A DNA stretch of 64,000 nucleotides from Alphaproteobacteria bacterium (GTDB lineage Bacteria; Pseudomonadota; Alphaproteobacteria; CAAHEQ01; UBA3637). The notes below the pieces were generated by a model. The model did no database searches. It saw only the letters and a list, made by a program, of their open reading frames with translations, and had not been told where the DNA came from. The DNA is taken from NCBI GenBank assembly GCA_017412085.1, contig JAFPYS010000019.1, positions 17,869 to 81,868 of the forward strand, in the 5' to 3' direction. Each line of letters starts with the position of its first letter. Position 1 is the stretch's first letter. Of this stretch, positions 8,902 to 19,256 are shown piece by piece. The translations under genes were made by a program, and so were the position numbers.

Positions 8902-10890
8902 CTAAATATCCAAATTTTCAACAAATTTGGCGTGTTCTTGGATGAATTGGAAACGATATTCTGGCTTGTTTCCCATTAATTTAGAGACAATATCTTTTGT
9001 ATAAGCCGACTCTTCTTGTTCTTCTTCACTGGTGGGAGATTTACTGGGCACCAAAACTTTTAATAAGGTGCGCTTTGCTGGATCCATAGTTGTTTCCTTT
9101 AATTGATAAGGCGGCATTTCGCCCAATCCTTTAAATCGAGATACTTCCACATTTTTACCCTTGAATGTAGTTGCCAACAGCTTATCTTTTTCGGCATCAT
9201 CTTGCGCATAAACAGATTTTCCACCTTGTGTAATACGATACAAAGGGGGCAGGGCCAAGAATAAATGGCCATTTTCAATCAGTTTTGGCATCTCTTGATA
9301 GAAGAAACTCATTAACAGGCTGGCAATATGGGCGCCGTCCACATCCGCATCCGTCATAACAATCACCTTTTCATAGCGCAGCTTGCTTTCATCATATTTA
9401 TCACGATGACCGCATCCCAGGGCCTCAATCATATCATTGATTTCTTCATTAGCATGAATTTTGTCCTGACTGGCTGAAATCACATTCAAAATCTTGCCGC
9501 GCAGAGGCAAAATAGCTTGATGTGTACGATTGCGTGCTTGTTTGGCGGATCCGCCGGCGGAATCACCTTCAACCAGGAATAATTCTGTACCTTCGACAGA
9601 TTTGTGTGAACAGTCGGCCAATTTGCCGGGCAAACGCAGTTTTTTGGTGGCGCTGGCACGCTGTGTTTCTACAGCCTTTTTGTGGCGTTTGCGTTCTTCG
9701 GAGCGCTCAATAATCCACTCCAATAAAGCTGTTGCCGACTTTGTATCGCGGCTGAGCCAATGATCAAACGGATCTTTCATCGCGTTCTCAACCAACTTGG
9801 TGGCACTTGTTGTCACAAGGCGTTCTTTTGTTTGGCCCTGGAATTGAGGGTCACGAATAAAGACAGACAACATGACGGCGGCTGTGTTCAAAATATCGTC
9901 GCTTGTTACATCTCCGGCGCGTTTGTTCCCAATCATATCCGCAAAGGCCTTGATCCCTTTTGTTAGGCAAATTTTCATCCCAGTTGTATGTGTCCCACCC
10001 AAAGGCGTTGGCACGGTATTACAATAAGATTGTTCGAATGCATCACCAAAATCATCTGGCCAACAAATTGCCCATTCCACAGCACCTTGATTGTCCGGAA
10101 AATCAACGCGTCCAGTGAAAGGTTTCGTAACTTGAGAACGATCTTTCATCAAAAAGTCCAAATAATCAGCTATACCATTGGGGAATTTTAAAACTTGTTC
10201 AACAGGTGTTTTGTCTTCTCCCTGAATCAATTCTGGCGCACAATTCCAACGCACCTCCACACCGCGGAACAGGAAGGCCTTTTGGCGTGCCATACGGAAC
10301 AGGGTGGCCGGCTTAAATTTAATGCTTTCGCCAAAGATTTCTGTGTCGGGCAAAAAGCGCACACTTGTGCCGCGCCGATTGGAAACGCTGCCCAAACATT
10401 GGACAGGGGTTAGGGGCTTTCCTTTTGCATATTCTTGGCGATAAAGTTGTTTGTCTTTGGCAACTTCAATAATCATGTGGCTGGACAAAGCGTTTACAGC
10501 GGACAAACCAACACCATGCAAACCACCGGAAACGTTATAGGCTCCACCACCAAATTTACCGCCGGAATGGAGTGTCGTTGTAATGACTTCTAGGGCGGAT
10601 TTGTCGGGGAACTTTGGATGAGGGTCAACGGGGATACCACGTCCATTATCACGGACCGTGACATAATTATCAGCATCCAACGATACTTCAATGTTTGTTG
10701 CATAGCCAGCGACAGCTTCATCCATAGCGTTGTCGATGATTTCGGCAACCAAATGATGATAGGCGCGTTCGTCAATGCCGCCAATATACATGCCTGGACG
10801 TTTGCGGACGGGTTCCAAACCTTCCAAGACTTCAATATCTTTAGCAGAATAGCTGTTTTTTGTTTCTGTGGCTTCAAATAAATCGCTCAT
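8902..10890 (-). CDS. parE: DNA topoisomerase IV subunit B
   Basis: GHKL/TOPRIM motifs (EIIDNAMDEAVAG, GGLHGVGLSAVNALS, EGDSAGGSAKQARNR); GGAGG SD before MSDLFEA. Confidence 0.93.
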   Translation of the reverse strand: MSDLFEATETKNSYSAKDIEVLEGLEPVRKRPGMYIGGIDERAYHHLVAEIIDNAMDEAVAGYATNIEVSLDADNYVTVRDNGRGIPVDPHPKFPDKSALEVITTTLHSGGKFGGGAYNVSGGLHGVGLSAVNALSSHMIIEVAKDKQLYRQEYAKGKPLTPVQCLGSVSNRRGTSVRFLPDTEIFGESIKFKPATLFRMARQKAFLFRGVEVRWNCAPELIQGEDKTPVEQVLKFPNGIADYLDFLMKDRSQVTKPFTGRVDFPDNQGAVEWAICWPDDFGDAFEQSYCNTVPTPLGGTHTTGMKICLTKGIKAFADMIGNKRAGDVTSDDILNTAAVMLSVFIRDPQFQGQTKERLVTTSATKLVENAMKDPFDHWLSRDTKSATALLEWIIERSEERKRHKKAVETQRASATKKLRLPGKLADCSHKSVEGTELFLVEGDSAGGSAKQARNRTHQAILPLRGKILNVISASQDKIHANEEINDMIEALGCGHRDKYDESKLRYEKVIVMTDADVDGAHIASLLMSFFYQEMPKLIENGHLFLALPPLYRITQGGKSVYAQDDAEKDKLLATTFKGKNVEVSRFKGLGEMPPYQLKETTMDPAKRTLLKVLVPSKSPTSEEEQEESAYTKDIVSKLMGNKPEYRFQFIQEHAKFVENLDI

Positions 10891-10891
10891 G

Positions 10892-11344
10892 TTACCTCCG
10901 CTGAGTACTGTCATGTCCACCGGCATTATAACGACCGAAGTTATCAGCTAATTGTTGTAAGACAGATAATTCCTTGCCGCCTACCTTTGTGATATCGGAT
11001 TCATAGGCAACATTCTTTGCATCATCCAGGGTCAAGTGCTGGATGTCTGAAACTTTCCCCTTTTGGAATGTATAGACATAAACATCACGTTCAACAACTT
11101 TGGGATCAAAGAAAATACAGCTTTCTTTTTTTGCCTCAGCATAAAATAAGACGTCTCCAACACCTTCCGCCGCGTTACTTTCATAATTTGGCGTACCTAA
11201 TACACGCAATACTTTTTCTTTTGAATCGCCAACCTTAACGGACTCTAAGCGCGCAGAGGCGGGCAAATCGCTGGATTTATATTTTTCCAAACCGCAGGCG
11301 GTTAAACATAAAATACTTGAAAGTAAAAATACAATCTTGAACAT
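10892..11344 (-). CDS. bamE: Outer membrane assembly lipoprotein BamE (SmpA/OmlA domain)
   Basis: Lipobox LTAC; VKVGDSKEKVLRVLGTP; divergent from yceD; SD places start at MFKIVFLL. Confidence 0.85.
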   Translation of the reverse strand: MFKIVFLLSSILCLTACGLEKYKSSDLPASARLESVKVGDSKEKVLRVLGTPNYESNAAEGVGDVLFYAEAKKESCIFFDPKVVERDVYVYTFQKGKVSDIQHLTLDDAKNVAYESDITKVGGKELSVLQQLADNFGRYNAGGHDSTQRR

Positions 11345-11372
11345 TTTCATCCTTTTTGTTATTATAATAATC

Positions 11373-11401
11373 ATAATATAGAAAAGAAAGGCGTTCGTCA
11401 A
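11373..11401 (-). promoter_or_regulatory. bamE promoter with extended -35 element TTGACGAACGC
   Basis: Minus strand TTGACG-N17-TATTAT; GCGTTCGTCAA on the plus strand at 11391-11401. Confidence 0.6.
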
Positions 11402-11910
11402 TGGAAAAAAGCAAAAAGAATGAAAAAGGTTTAAATAGAATTCTGTTTTTAGGTGAAATTGGACCTAATGGATGGAAAGAAGACTTTGTTGCCACGCCGG
11501 CGCAATGTGCGAAAATCGCAGAGCGTTTTGAAATTCCTGCCGTAAAAAGTTTACAAGCACATGTGGCAGCCGCGATTGACGGGGACTTAATTCGGGTGTT
11601 TGGACATATTAAAGCAGATTTGGAACGTACTTGTGTGGTGTCTTTGGATTTGTGCAAAGAGGTTTTAGACACTGATTTTGAAGCGCTATTTGCGGAAAAT
11701 ATAGAAGTTATTAAAGATGGAGAGATGACGGATGATGTTGAGCCTGTTGATCGAGGGCGGTTGGATATTTTTGAAATTATAGCTGAGCAAGTTGGCCTGA
11801 ATATGAATCCGTTTCCACATAAAGTAGATATATCTGGTGATTATATCGAAGAGAAGGGGACTAAAAATCGTCCTTTTGCGAATTTAAAAAATCTGATAAA
11901 AAAGGATTGA
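11401..11910 (+). CDS. yceD: YceD family protein (DUF177, rRNA accumulation)
   Basis: 169 aa; central Cys motif RTCVVSLD and C-terminal NPFANL-like RPFANLKNL. Confidence 0.85.
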   Translation: MEKSKKNEKGLNRILFLGEIGPNGWKEDFVATPAQCAKIAERFEIPAVKSLQAHVAAAIDGDLIRVFGHIKADLERTCVVSLDLCKEVLDTDFEALFAENIEVIKDGEMTDDVEPVDRGRLDIFEIIAEQVGLNMNPFPHKVDISGDYIEEKGTKNRPFANLKNLIKKD

Positions 11911-11935
11911 CAAGTTATTTTCATTTTGATATAAT
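11907..11935 (+). promoter_or_regulatory. Consensus sigma70 promoter for rpmH
   Basis: Perfect TTGACA-N17-TATAAT overlapping the yceD stop. Confidence 0.85.
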
Positions 11936-11968
11936 GAATCTACTAGTTTTTTTAATAAAGGAGTTTAC

Positions 11969-12109
11969 ATGTCAACAAAACAAACATATCAACCCAGTAA
12001 ATTGGTGCGTACGCGTCGTCATGGTTTCCGTGCTCGTATGGAAACAAAGGGCGGACAGAAGGTTTTGAATGCCCGTCGTGCCAAAGGTCGCAAAAAAATT
12101 GCTGTCTAA
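11969..12109 (+). CDS. rpmH: 50S ribosomal protein L34 (not in supplied ORF track)
   Basis: 46 aa [46 protein letters not shown]; AAAGGAG SD. Confidence 0.97.
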   Translation: MSTKQTYQPSKLVRTRRHGFRARMETKGGQKVLNARRAKGRKKIAV

Positions 12110-12130
12110 GGGTTAGGGATTTGAGATAGA

Positions 12131-12165
12131 AAGCACCCACTTCAATCAGGACGGGTGCTTTTTTT
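12131..12165 (+). terminator. Rho-independent terminator between rpmH and rnpA
   Basis: AAGCACCC...GGGTGCTT followed by a T-tract. Confidence 0.85.
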
Positions 12166-12179
12166 GTGAAAGGTATATA

Positions 12180-12542
12180 ATGACATTGGGACGTATGAAG
12201 CGACACTTTGATTTTTTGGAGATGCGTGAAGCGCCCACAAAGGCGTTTACAAAATCCTTTGTGTTGCAAGTGCGTCCAAACGACAAAGGGGTAACCCGCG
12301 TTGGCTTTACCGTGTCTAAGCGGATTTCTAAATTAGCGGTGGTACGTAACCGGCTGCGTCGTCAAATGCGTGAGGTTGTGCGTTTGTCCCCGGATATACA
12401 GACAAAGTATCCATCACATGATCTTGTCCTGATTGCTAAAGGTGAAGCCTTGAATCGTGATTATACTCAATTAACAAAAGATTTTGCGTATTTATTGGAT
12501 CATGTTCATGAGGTCGCAGATGATAAAAAAGATAATGGCTAG
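12180..12542 (+). CDS. rnpA: Ribonuclease P protein component
   Basis: 120 aa; VGFTVSKRISKLAVVRNRLRRQMRE. Confidence 0.93.
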   Translation: MTLGRMKRHFDFLEMREAPTKAFTKSFVLQVRPNDKGVTRVGFTVSKRISKLAVVRNRLRRQMREVVRLSPDIQTKYPSHDLVLIAKGEALNRDYTQLTKDFAYLLDHVHEVADDKKDNG

Positions 12543-12732
12543 TCTAATCCGATTTTATCAGTTAACTTTTTCCAGTTTGGTCGGGCATTGTTGCCGTTTT
12601 CAGCCGACATGCTCTGAATATGCAAAAGAGGCATATCAAAAGTATGGTATTATAAAGGGAACATATCTGACGGTATGGCGATTGTTGCGCTGCCATCCGT
12701 GGGCAAAAGGTGGCTATGATCCGGTTCCCTGA
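12520..12732 (+). CDS. yidD: Membrane protein insertion efficiency factor YidD
   Basis: IRFYQLTFSSLVGHCCRFQPTCSEYAKEAYQKYG...LLRCHPWAKGGYDPVP; overlaps rnpA end. Confidence 0.93.
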   Translation: MIKKIMASLIRFYQLTFSSLVGHCCRFQPTCSEYAKEAYQKYGIIKGTYLTVWRLLRCHPWAKGGYDPVP

Positions 12733-12882
12733 TTTTATATGATTTTAAAACCTATTTCAGACACAGTGTTTTTACCTTGTGTATTTGTATGTGAACGTTT
12801 TATCTAAAAAAGTGAAAAAATCAAGTGCTTTTTTCCTTAAAATCGGGTATGATAAAAGACGAATCGAAGGGGTAAAATAAAA

Positions 12883-14082
12883 ATGCATTTAAAATCAGTG
12901 GGTTGTTTGTTGCTGTTGATTGTTGGTGTTGTGGCAAAGGATGCCTGCGCTATGGATGATTTTACCCTTTGGAAGCAAAATTTTAGACAAGAAGCCTTAC
13001 ATGCCGGCGTTTCCACCGCAACATTGAATAAGTTTTTACCCCGAATGAAATTGTTGCCCCAAGTGGTTCAAGCGGATAAAAAGCAGCCTGAATTTGTTTC
13101 AACATTTTGGGAATATACAGATGCACGTTTAACACAAGGACGAATTGATCAAGGCAAGATGTTGTTAAAACGTTATCCGACATGGTTAAAAAGAATTTCT
13201 GATACCTATAATGTACCGGCGGAATATATCTTGGCGTTTTGGGGATTAGAAACGAATTATGGAAAAATAACAGGAAACACGGATGTTTTAAATGCCTTAA
13301 CGACATTGGCATATAATCCACGTCGCCGGAAATTCTTTACCCGCGAATTGATTGCGTTTTTGAAAATTTTGGAACAAGAAAGATGGGATTCTGTCCAAGG
13401 CTCTTGGGCGGGGGCTTTTGGACAATTTCAATTTATGCCAACAACATTTGAGACATACGCTGTTGATGCCGATAAAAATGGATCGCGCAATATCTTAACA
13501 AGCATGCCGGATGCCTTTGCTTCTGCGGCAAACTATCTTCACAAAATGGGTTGGGATCCAGCGGAAAGTTGGGGACAGGAAGTACAATTGCCAGTGCATT
13601 TAAACTGGACGGCTGTCTATAAAAACAAAGAAAAAACGCTTGCTGAGTGGCAAGCTTTGGGAATTTTACCTGTGGCGGGCGCCTGGCGGTCAGACAATCA
13701 GACGAAAGCTTCATTGCTGATGCCTATGGGAAAGTCTGGGCCTGCATTTTTGACCTTTCCGAATTTTAAGCGTGTAATGCGATGGAATAAATCAGAACTT
13801 TATGCTTTATCTGTTTGTTTTTTGGCCGATATCTTAGCGGATGATTGGAATGGTATTGCGCATCCACGGACAGAGCAAAGATTATCAACTGCGCAAGTTT
13901 ATGAAATCCAAGATCGTTTGGCAAGTTTGGGGTATTACCAGAACGTGCCAGATGGTTTGGTCGGTAGCAAAACCCACCGTGCTATTATGGCTTTTCAACA
14001 TGATAAAGGGGTTGATGAAGACGGATATCCAAGCAAAGAATTGCTTGATTTATTAAATACTTATAGAAAGGAGTTAAATTAA
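12883..14082 (+). CDS. mltB: Lytic murein transglycosylase (MltB family) with C-terminal peptidoglycan-binding domain
   Basis: 399 aa; GLETNYG, WAGAFGQFQFMPTTF, PG-binding repeat QDRLASLGYY. Confidence 0.88.
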   Translation: MHLKSVGCLLLLIVGVVAKDACAMDDFTLWKQNFRQEALHAGVSTATLNKFLPRMKLLPQVVQADKKQPEFVSTFWEYTDARLTQGRIDQGKMLLKRYPTWLKRISDTYNVPAEYILAFWGLETNYGKITGNTDVLNALTTLAYNPRRRKFFTRELIAFLKILEQERWDSVQGSWAGAFGQFQFMPTTFETYAVDADKNGSRNILTSMPDAFASAANYLHKMGWDPAESWGQEVQLPVHLNWTAVYKNKEKTLAEWQALGILPVAGAWRSDNQTKASLLMPMGKSGPAFLTFPNFKRVMRWNKSELYALSVCFLADILADDWNGIAHPRTEQRLSTAQVYEIQDRLASLGYYQNVPDGLVGSKTHRAIMAFQHDKGVDEDGYPSKELLDLLNTYRKELN

Positions 14083-14999
14083 TGATTAAATATGTTTTAT
14101 TGCTGACAACAGCGTTAACTTTAAGTGCTTGTACCTCAAGTTCTTTGTTTGAATCATGGGAAGAAGAAGAGCCAAATACGGCAGATACGGTGATTCCAAA
14201 TGGAAGTTTTTATAAGGTGGAAAAACCATATGAGATTAATGGTGTTTGGTATTTCCCGGCCGAAAATTATGACTATTCAGAAAAAGGTTTGGCTTCATGG
14301 TACATGCCAGCCAACGGCCGTGCGGCGAAGACTGCAAATGGTGAGGAATATATTGCCACAGAAATGACAGCACGCCATAAAACTTTACCATTGCCAAGTA
14401 TTGTTAAAATTACAAATCTGGAAAATAACAAAAGTATCATTGCGCGTGTTAACGATCGCGGCCCAATGGTCAACAATCGTTTAATTGATGTTTCACAAAA
14501 GGCTGCTCAAGAATTGGGCTTCCCTGTGACAGGAACAACCTCTGTAATGGTGGAAGTGATGCCAAAAGAAAGTCAGGAAATTCGTGATGCATTGTTGGCT
14601 TCCGGTCGTGTCTACACGGAAGATGGCGCAACACAAGAATTGTCTGTTGTGCCTCCAATGCCAGTTCCAGTAGAAGAAGCTCCCGCTGTGGAGGTTGCGC
14701 CAGCACCAGTTTATACGCCAGCTGAACCTGTTTATACAACAAAGACCAAGAAAGTTGTGATTTCTGGTGGAACGGGTAATGTGTATATTCAATTGGGTGC
14801 CTATGGTGATCCCGCAAATGCATCAAAAGTACAACGTGCAGTATCAGCGGTGACACAGGTTGAGACGGGCACAAAGGCAAGCGGTGGAAGAACTTTAACT
14901 GTTGTGAAAGCCGGACCTTACGCTGACAAAGCAGAAGCTGAACAAGTTTTACGCCAGTTAAAGCAAATGGGATACCGTGACGCGTATATCGCAAAATAA
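14082..14999 (+). CDS. rlpA: RlpA-like lipoprotein with DPBB and C-terminal SPOR domain
   Basis: 305 aa; lipobox LSAC; KGLASWYMPANGRAAKTANGE; ARVNDRGP; SPOR-like YIQLGAYGDP. Confidence 0.88.
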   Translation: MIKYVLLLTTALTLSACTSSSLFESWEEEEPNTADTVIPNGSFYKVEKPYEINGVWYFPAENYDYSEKGLASWYMPANGRAAKTANGEEYIATEMTARHKTLPLPSIVKITNLENNKSIIARVNDRGPMVNNRLIDVSQKAAQELGFPVTGTTSVMVEVMPKESQEIRDALLASGRVYTEDGATQELSVVPPMPVPVEEAPAVEVAPAPVYTPAEPVYTTKTKKVVISGGTGNVYIQLGAYGDPANASKVQRAVSAVTQVETGTKASGGRTLTVVKAGPYADKAEAEQVLRQLKQMGYRDAYIAK

Positions 15000-15008
15000 G
15001 GAGAAAGA

Positions 15009-16139
15009 ATGAAAAAGCTGTTATTAGTTTCGTTGCTGCTTGGATCCACAATTCTTCATGCTGAGGAATTGTCGACAGCGGCATCGCATGCGTTGTTGAT
15101 GGATGCTGACACTGGCACCGTTTTGTTTGAAAAAAATGCCGATGAAAAAATGCACCCTGCCTCAATGAGTAAACTGATGACAGCTTATCTTATTTTTGAA
15201 GCCTTGAAAAAAGGACAATATACCTTAGATTCGGAATTTGTTGTATCGGACAATGCATGGGAGAAAGGAGGCGCCAAGACAGGTGGCTCAACGATGTTCC
15301 TTAATCCGAAGCAATCTGTAAAAATTCGAGATCTGCTGCGCGGGATTATTGTGCAATCAGGGAATGATGCATGTATTGTGGCGGCCGAAGGGATTGCTGG
15401 ATCCGAAGAAGCATTTGCTCAAATGATGAACGCAAAAGCTAAGAAGTTGGGATTACAAAATTCATCGTTCAGAAATGCCACAGGCTTACCAAATCCAGAT
15501 CATCTAATGAGCGCGAAAGATTTGGCCTTATTGGCTCAACATCTTATTAATGATTTTCCAGAATATTATCCCATCTATTCGGAAAAGGAGTTCACTTACA
15601 ATAAGATTAAACAACAAAATCGCAACCCTTTGTTGACGCAAATGCCAGGGGCAGATGGTTTGAAAACAGGGCATACGGAAGAATCAGGTTATGGCTTGAC
15701 GGGTTCCGTGAAGACCGCGGATGGTCGCCGGTTGATTATGGTTATTAATGGTCTTAAAACAATGGCAGATCGTGCAAAGGAATCACAAAAAGTGATGAGT
15801 TGGGGAATCGCAAATTTTGAAAATGCGGCCGTTTTATCACCGGATAAGCCCTTGGTTGATGTTCCTGTTTGGTTGGGAAAAGAACTGACAGTTTCTGGGG
15901 TGCCGGCTTCAAAGCTTGTCAAAACCATTCACCGATGGGATACTCCAGAAATTAAATCTGTTGTACGTTTTAATGCCCCTGTAAAAGCGCCGATCCAGCA
16001 AGGACAAAAGCTTGGGGTTATTACAACAACAATGCCAGATGGAGAGGAGATTACAACGGATTTGATTGCACAGAAATCTGTGGAAAAGTTGGGGTATTTC
16101 GCAAAAATAAAAGCGCTAATTTTGGGAAGGAAGGAATAA
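15009..16139 (+). CDS. D-alanyl-D-alanine carboxypeptidase (PBP5/6 family)
   Basis: 376 aa; SMSK, SGNDA, KTGHTEESG motifs. Confidence 0.93.
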   Translation: MKKLLLVSLLLGSTILHAEELSTAASHALLMDADTGTVLFEKNADEKMHPASMSKLMTAYLIFEALKKGQYTLDSEFVVSDNAWEKGGAKTGGSTMFLNPKQSVKIRDLLRGIIVQSGNDACIVAAEGIAGSEEAFAQMMNAKAKKLGLQNSSFRNATGLPNPDHLMSAKDLALLAQHLINDFPEYYPIYSEKEFTYNKIKQQNRNPLLTQMPGADGLKTGHTEESGYGLTGSVKTADGRRLIMVINGLKTMADRAKESQKVMSWGIANFENAAVLSPDKPLVDVPVWLGKELTVSGVPASKLVKTIHRWDTPEIKSVVRFNAPVKAPIQQGQKLGVITTTMPDGEEITTDLIAQKSVEKLGYFAKIKALILGRKE

Positions 16140-16140
16140 A

Positions 16141-16788
16141 ATGGCTGGACGCTTTATTACATTTGAAGGGGGAGAAGGGTCTGGGAAGTCAACCCAAATT
16201 AAATTGTTAGCGGAAGAGCTGATAAAAGCAGGTAGGGATGTCCTTACGACCCGGGAGCCCGGTGGAACGGCAGAGGGTGTGAAAATCAGGGAAATTCTTG
16301 TTACAGGGAATGCCGATTTTACACGCACAACGGAGACATTATTATTTTTTGCGGATAGATGTGAACACGTTATGAAAAAGATTATGCCGGCGGTTAAAGC
16401 GGGACAGATTGTGTTGTGTGATCGTTTTGCGGACAGCACGATGGCCTATCAAGGCTATGGATATGGAGATAATCCCGATCAGCAGCAATTAATTAAAAGC
16501 CTGTATAAGGAAGTGGTGGGCGATTTTAAGCCGGACTTGACTATTTTATTGGATGTTCCGGTAGAAACCGGATTAAGCCGGAGCCGTCGAGCAGATAATA
16601 TAGAGGTGCGTTTTGAAAACAAAGAATTGGCATTTCATGAGCGTTTGCGCCAGGCCTATTTGAAAATGGCGAACGATGAGCCAGAGCGTTTTGCAATTGT
16701 GGACGCAACCCAGCCAATTCCAGAAATTCATGATCAGATTATGAAGATTATTGAGCAACGGGGCTTGTTAAAAGCGGAGAAGGTCTAA
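16141..16788 (+). CDS. tmk: Thymidylate kinase
   Basis: 215 aa; FEGGEGSGKSTQ, REPGGTAEG, DRFADSTMAYQGYG. Confidence 0.95.
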   Translation: MAGRFITFEGGEGSGKSTQIKLLAEELIKAGRDVLTTREPGGTAEGVKIREILVTGNADFTRTTETLLFFADRCEHVMKKIMPAVKAGQIVLCDRFADSTMAYQGYGYGDNPDQQQLIKSLYKEVVGDFKPDLTILLDVPVETGLSRSRRADNIEVRFENKELAFHERLRQAYLKMANDEPERFAIVDATQPIPEIHDQIMKIIEQRGLLKAEKV

Positions 16789-16790
16789 TT

Positions 16791-17723
16791 ATGTACGAAA
16801 AAGAGCGTGCTCAGATAGTTGATTCTTTAAGAGACGGTGCTGCAAAATCTTGGATTATTGTTGGCCCGCATGGTGTGGGCAAGGAAGATTTTGCCAAAAA
16901 TGTGGTGAAGGTCTTGACGCACGACTTTAACGAATATAACCCCTGTGTTCAATGGATTAGCTGTGGTTTGACGGATGCGGCCAAAAAAGAGATTCAAAAA
17001 GCTATTTTGGCGGGTGAAAAAATAGAAGACAAAGAGTGGGCAACGAAAACGGAAATCACTGTTGATGATGTACGGGAAGGATGCCATTTTTTGTCACTAA
17101 AATCCAATAAAATCAAAATTCTAGTTTTTAATTTAGCGGATGATATGAATGAAAATGCCCAAAACGCTTTGTTAAAAACATTGGAAGAGCCGTATCCAAA
17201 CACCTTAATATTGTTGCTATGCGAAAATATTGGCAAGTTGGTTCGAACGATTTTATCGCGTTGCCAAAAAATTACTTTAAAGGCTCCCAGTAAAGAAGAG
17301 TTTAAGAAAGAATTGTTGAAGACTCATCCAGAGTTATCGGAGACAGAATTGGATCTTTTATCTTTTCTTGCTGATAATGTGCCGGGAATGGGCAAAGAGA
17401 TTGTTGAACAAGATGGCCTGGCGATTTTTGATCGTGTGCAGCATTTATTTGTTAGGCGAGATCAGTTGGATGCTCAAGATTTATTATTGTTTTCTGAACA
17501 GGTTTCCAAAAATGAAAATGTATTTGATTTAACCCAAAAAATTATTTTGAAATGCCTAACTGCTTTGGCTGAAAAATATGTTGCAATAGATATGGAAAAA
17601 GCATATAAATTAAGTAATCTGTACGAAGAAATGAAGCTTTATTTTACCCAAATAGATTCAATGAATCTTGATAAAAAACAGGCTCTTGTTTCGATTGTTT
17701 ATCAAATATCGGAGGCGCTATGA
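16791..17723 (+). CDS. holB: DNA polymerase III subunit delta'
   Basis: 310 aa; GPHGVGKEDFA, NALLKTLEEP, LCENIGKLVRTILSRCQ; follows tmk. Confidence 0.88.
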   Translation: MYEKERAQIVDSLRDGAAKSWIIVGPHGVGKEDFAKNVVKVLTHDFNEYNPCVQWISCGLTDAAKKEIQKAILAGEKIEDKEWATKTEITVDDVREGCHFLSLKSNKIKILVFNLADDMNENAQNALLKTLEEPYPNTLILLLCENIGKLVRTILSRCQKITLKAPSKEEFKKELLKTHPELSETELDLLSFLADNVPGMGKEIVEQDGLAIFDRVQHLFVRRDQLDAQDLLLFSEQVSKNENVFDLTQKIILKCLTALAEKYVAIDMEKAYKLSNLYEEMKLYFTQIDSMNLDKKQALVSIVYQISEAL

Positions 17724-18496
17724 CGATAGATAGTCATTGCCATTTAGATCAAGCAGATTATGAAGAACCGGTTGATTTCGTTATTCAACGGGCAGAGGCA
17801 GCTGGTGTTGACCATATAATGGCGGTCGCTTGTAATCCTGATGATTTTGAAGAATTATCGAAACAATTGAAACAACATGCTTGTTTATATGGCGCCTTTG
17901 GGATTCATCCGGAATATGCCCATAAACAACACGATCTGGATAATTTGAAAAAGTGCTTGATAGAAAATCGGGCTGTTGCTTTGGGAGAATGTGGATTGGA
18001 TTACCATGAAGCAGAGGCTACACATGAACAACAACAAGATCTTTTTCAAAAGCAAATTGATTTAGCCCATCAAATGCATTTGCCTTTGATGATACATGCG
18101 CGCGATGCGGAAGGCGATATGCGAGCAATCTTGAAACAAGCCTACAAGGCGGGCAAATTAACGGATGGGTTTGTTTTGCATTGTTTTTCTGGCAGTGCTG
18201 ATATGGCGCGTGAAGCGGTTGAAATGGGGGGATTTTTGTCTGCTTCTGGTGTGATTACATTTAAAAATGCTGAACGGGTGAGAGAGATTTTTGCCCAAAT
18301 TCCGCTTGCAAATTTATTGGTTGAAACAGATGCGCCTTATCTGGCTCCACATCCTTTGCGGGGGAAGCCAAATGAACCAGCTTATGTGCAGTACACTTTG
18401 GCCAAGTTGGCGGAAATTAAGGGCGTTTCTGTGAAAGAAATGGAAAAAATAACAACAGAAAATTTTGGTAGATTATACCTGAAAGGACAACAATGA
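17720..18496 (+). CDS. tatD: TatD family hydrolase/DNase
   Basis: 258 aa; DSHCHLD, GECGLDY, LVETDAPYLAP. Confidence 0.93.
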   Translation: MTIDSHCHLDQADYEEPVDFVIQRAEAAGVDHIMAVACNPDDFEELSKQLKQHACLYGAFGIHPEYAHKQHDLDNLKKCLIENRAVALGECGLDYHEAEATHEQQQDLFQKQIDLAHQMHLPLMIHARDAEGDMRAILKQAYKAGKLTDGFVLHCFSGSADMAREAVEMGGFLSASGVITFKNAERVREIFAQIPLANLLVETDAPYLAPHPLRGKPNEPAYVQYTLAKLAEIKGVSVKEMEKITTENFGRLYLKGQQ

Positions 18497-19245
18497 AAGT
18501 GACGATTTTAGGGTGTGGTCCATCTTATGGTATGCCTTCTTTAACACGTGGATTCGGCCCATCAGATCCGAATGAGCCCAAGAATGTGCGTACTCGATCT
18601 GCGATTTTGATCGAAGATAAGGGGTTGAATGTTTTAATTGATACTGGTCCAGAAATTCGTGAACAGCTGTGGCGGATTGGGGCGCCCAAAATTGATGCAC
18701 TTCTTTACACACACGCGCATTATGATCACATGGGGGGAGCGCAAGATGTTCGTAATGTGGCCAAGGAACGCAATCAGATCATGGATGTATATGGGGCGCA
18801 AAAAGATATGTTAGCATTGCATAAGCAGATGCCTTATGTTTTTGAACCTTCTCATCAACCGACCTTTAAAACTCATTATATAAAGCCATATAAAACATTT
18901 AAGATTGGTCACTTAGATATTACGCCGATTTATCAGCATCATGGGGAAGGTTCATCCATTGGTTATCGCATTGGTGATTTTGCGTATTGTACAGATGTGA
19001 AAGCAATTGACCCAGAGGGTTGGAAAGTGTTAAAGGGGGTGAAAGTGTGGGTTTTGGGATGTGTGACAACCAGAGAAAACCCAAAACATATCCACCTGCC
19101 AGAGGCTTTGAAATGGATTCAAAAATTAAAACCAGAACGTGCCTATTTGACACACATGGGATCCAAGATGGATTATCAAACATTGAAGAAAACATTACCT
19201 AAAGGGGTGTTTGCTTGCTATGATGGGTTGGTCATCAAACTATAA
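18493..19245 (+). CDS. MBL-fold metallohydrolase (PhnP-like)
   Basis: 250 aa; THAHYDHMGGAQDV; GCGPSYGMPS. Confidence 0.85.
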   Translation: MKVTILGCGPSYGMPSLTRGFGPSDPNEPKNVRTRSAILIEDKGLNVLIDTGPEIREQLWRIGAPKIDALLYTHAHYDHMGGAQDVRNVAKERNQIMDVYGAQKDMLALHKQMPYVFEPSHQPTFKTHYIKPYKTFKIGHLDITPIYQHHGEGSSIGYRIGDFAYCTDVKAIDPEGWKVLKGVKVWVLGCVTTRENPKHIHLPEALKWIQKLKPERAYLTHMGSKMDYQTLKKTLPKGVFACYDGLVIKL

Positions 19246-19256
19246 AATAAAAAAGA

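Noticed and set aside
9522-10881. Series of plus-strand ORFs (60-87 aa) opposite parE, and similar antisense ORFs opposite addAB, accC, pgi and the atp genes
   Set aside because: Low-complexity antisense shadows of strongly conserved coding genes with no SD or recognisable motif.
12733-12882. Short ORF MILKPISDTVFLPCVFVCERFI in the yidD-mltB gap
   Set aside because: Only 22 codons, no convincing SD, likely leader or noncoding sequence.
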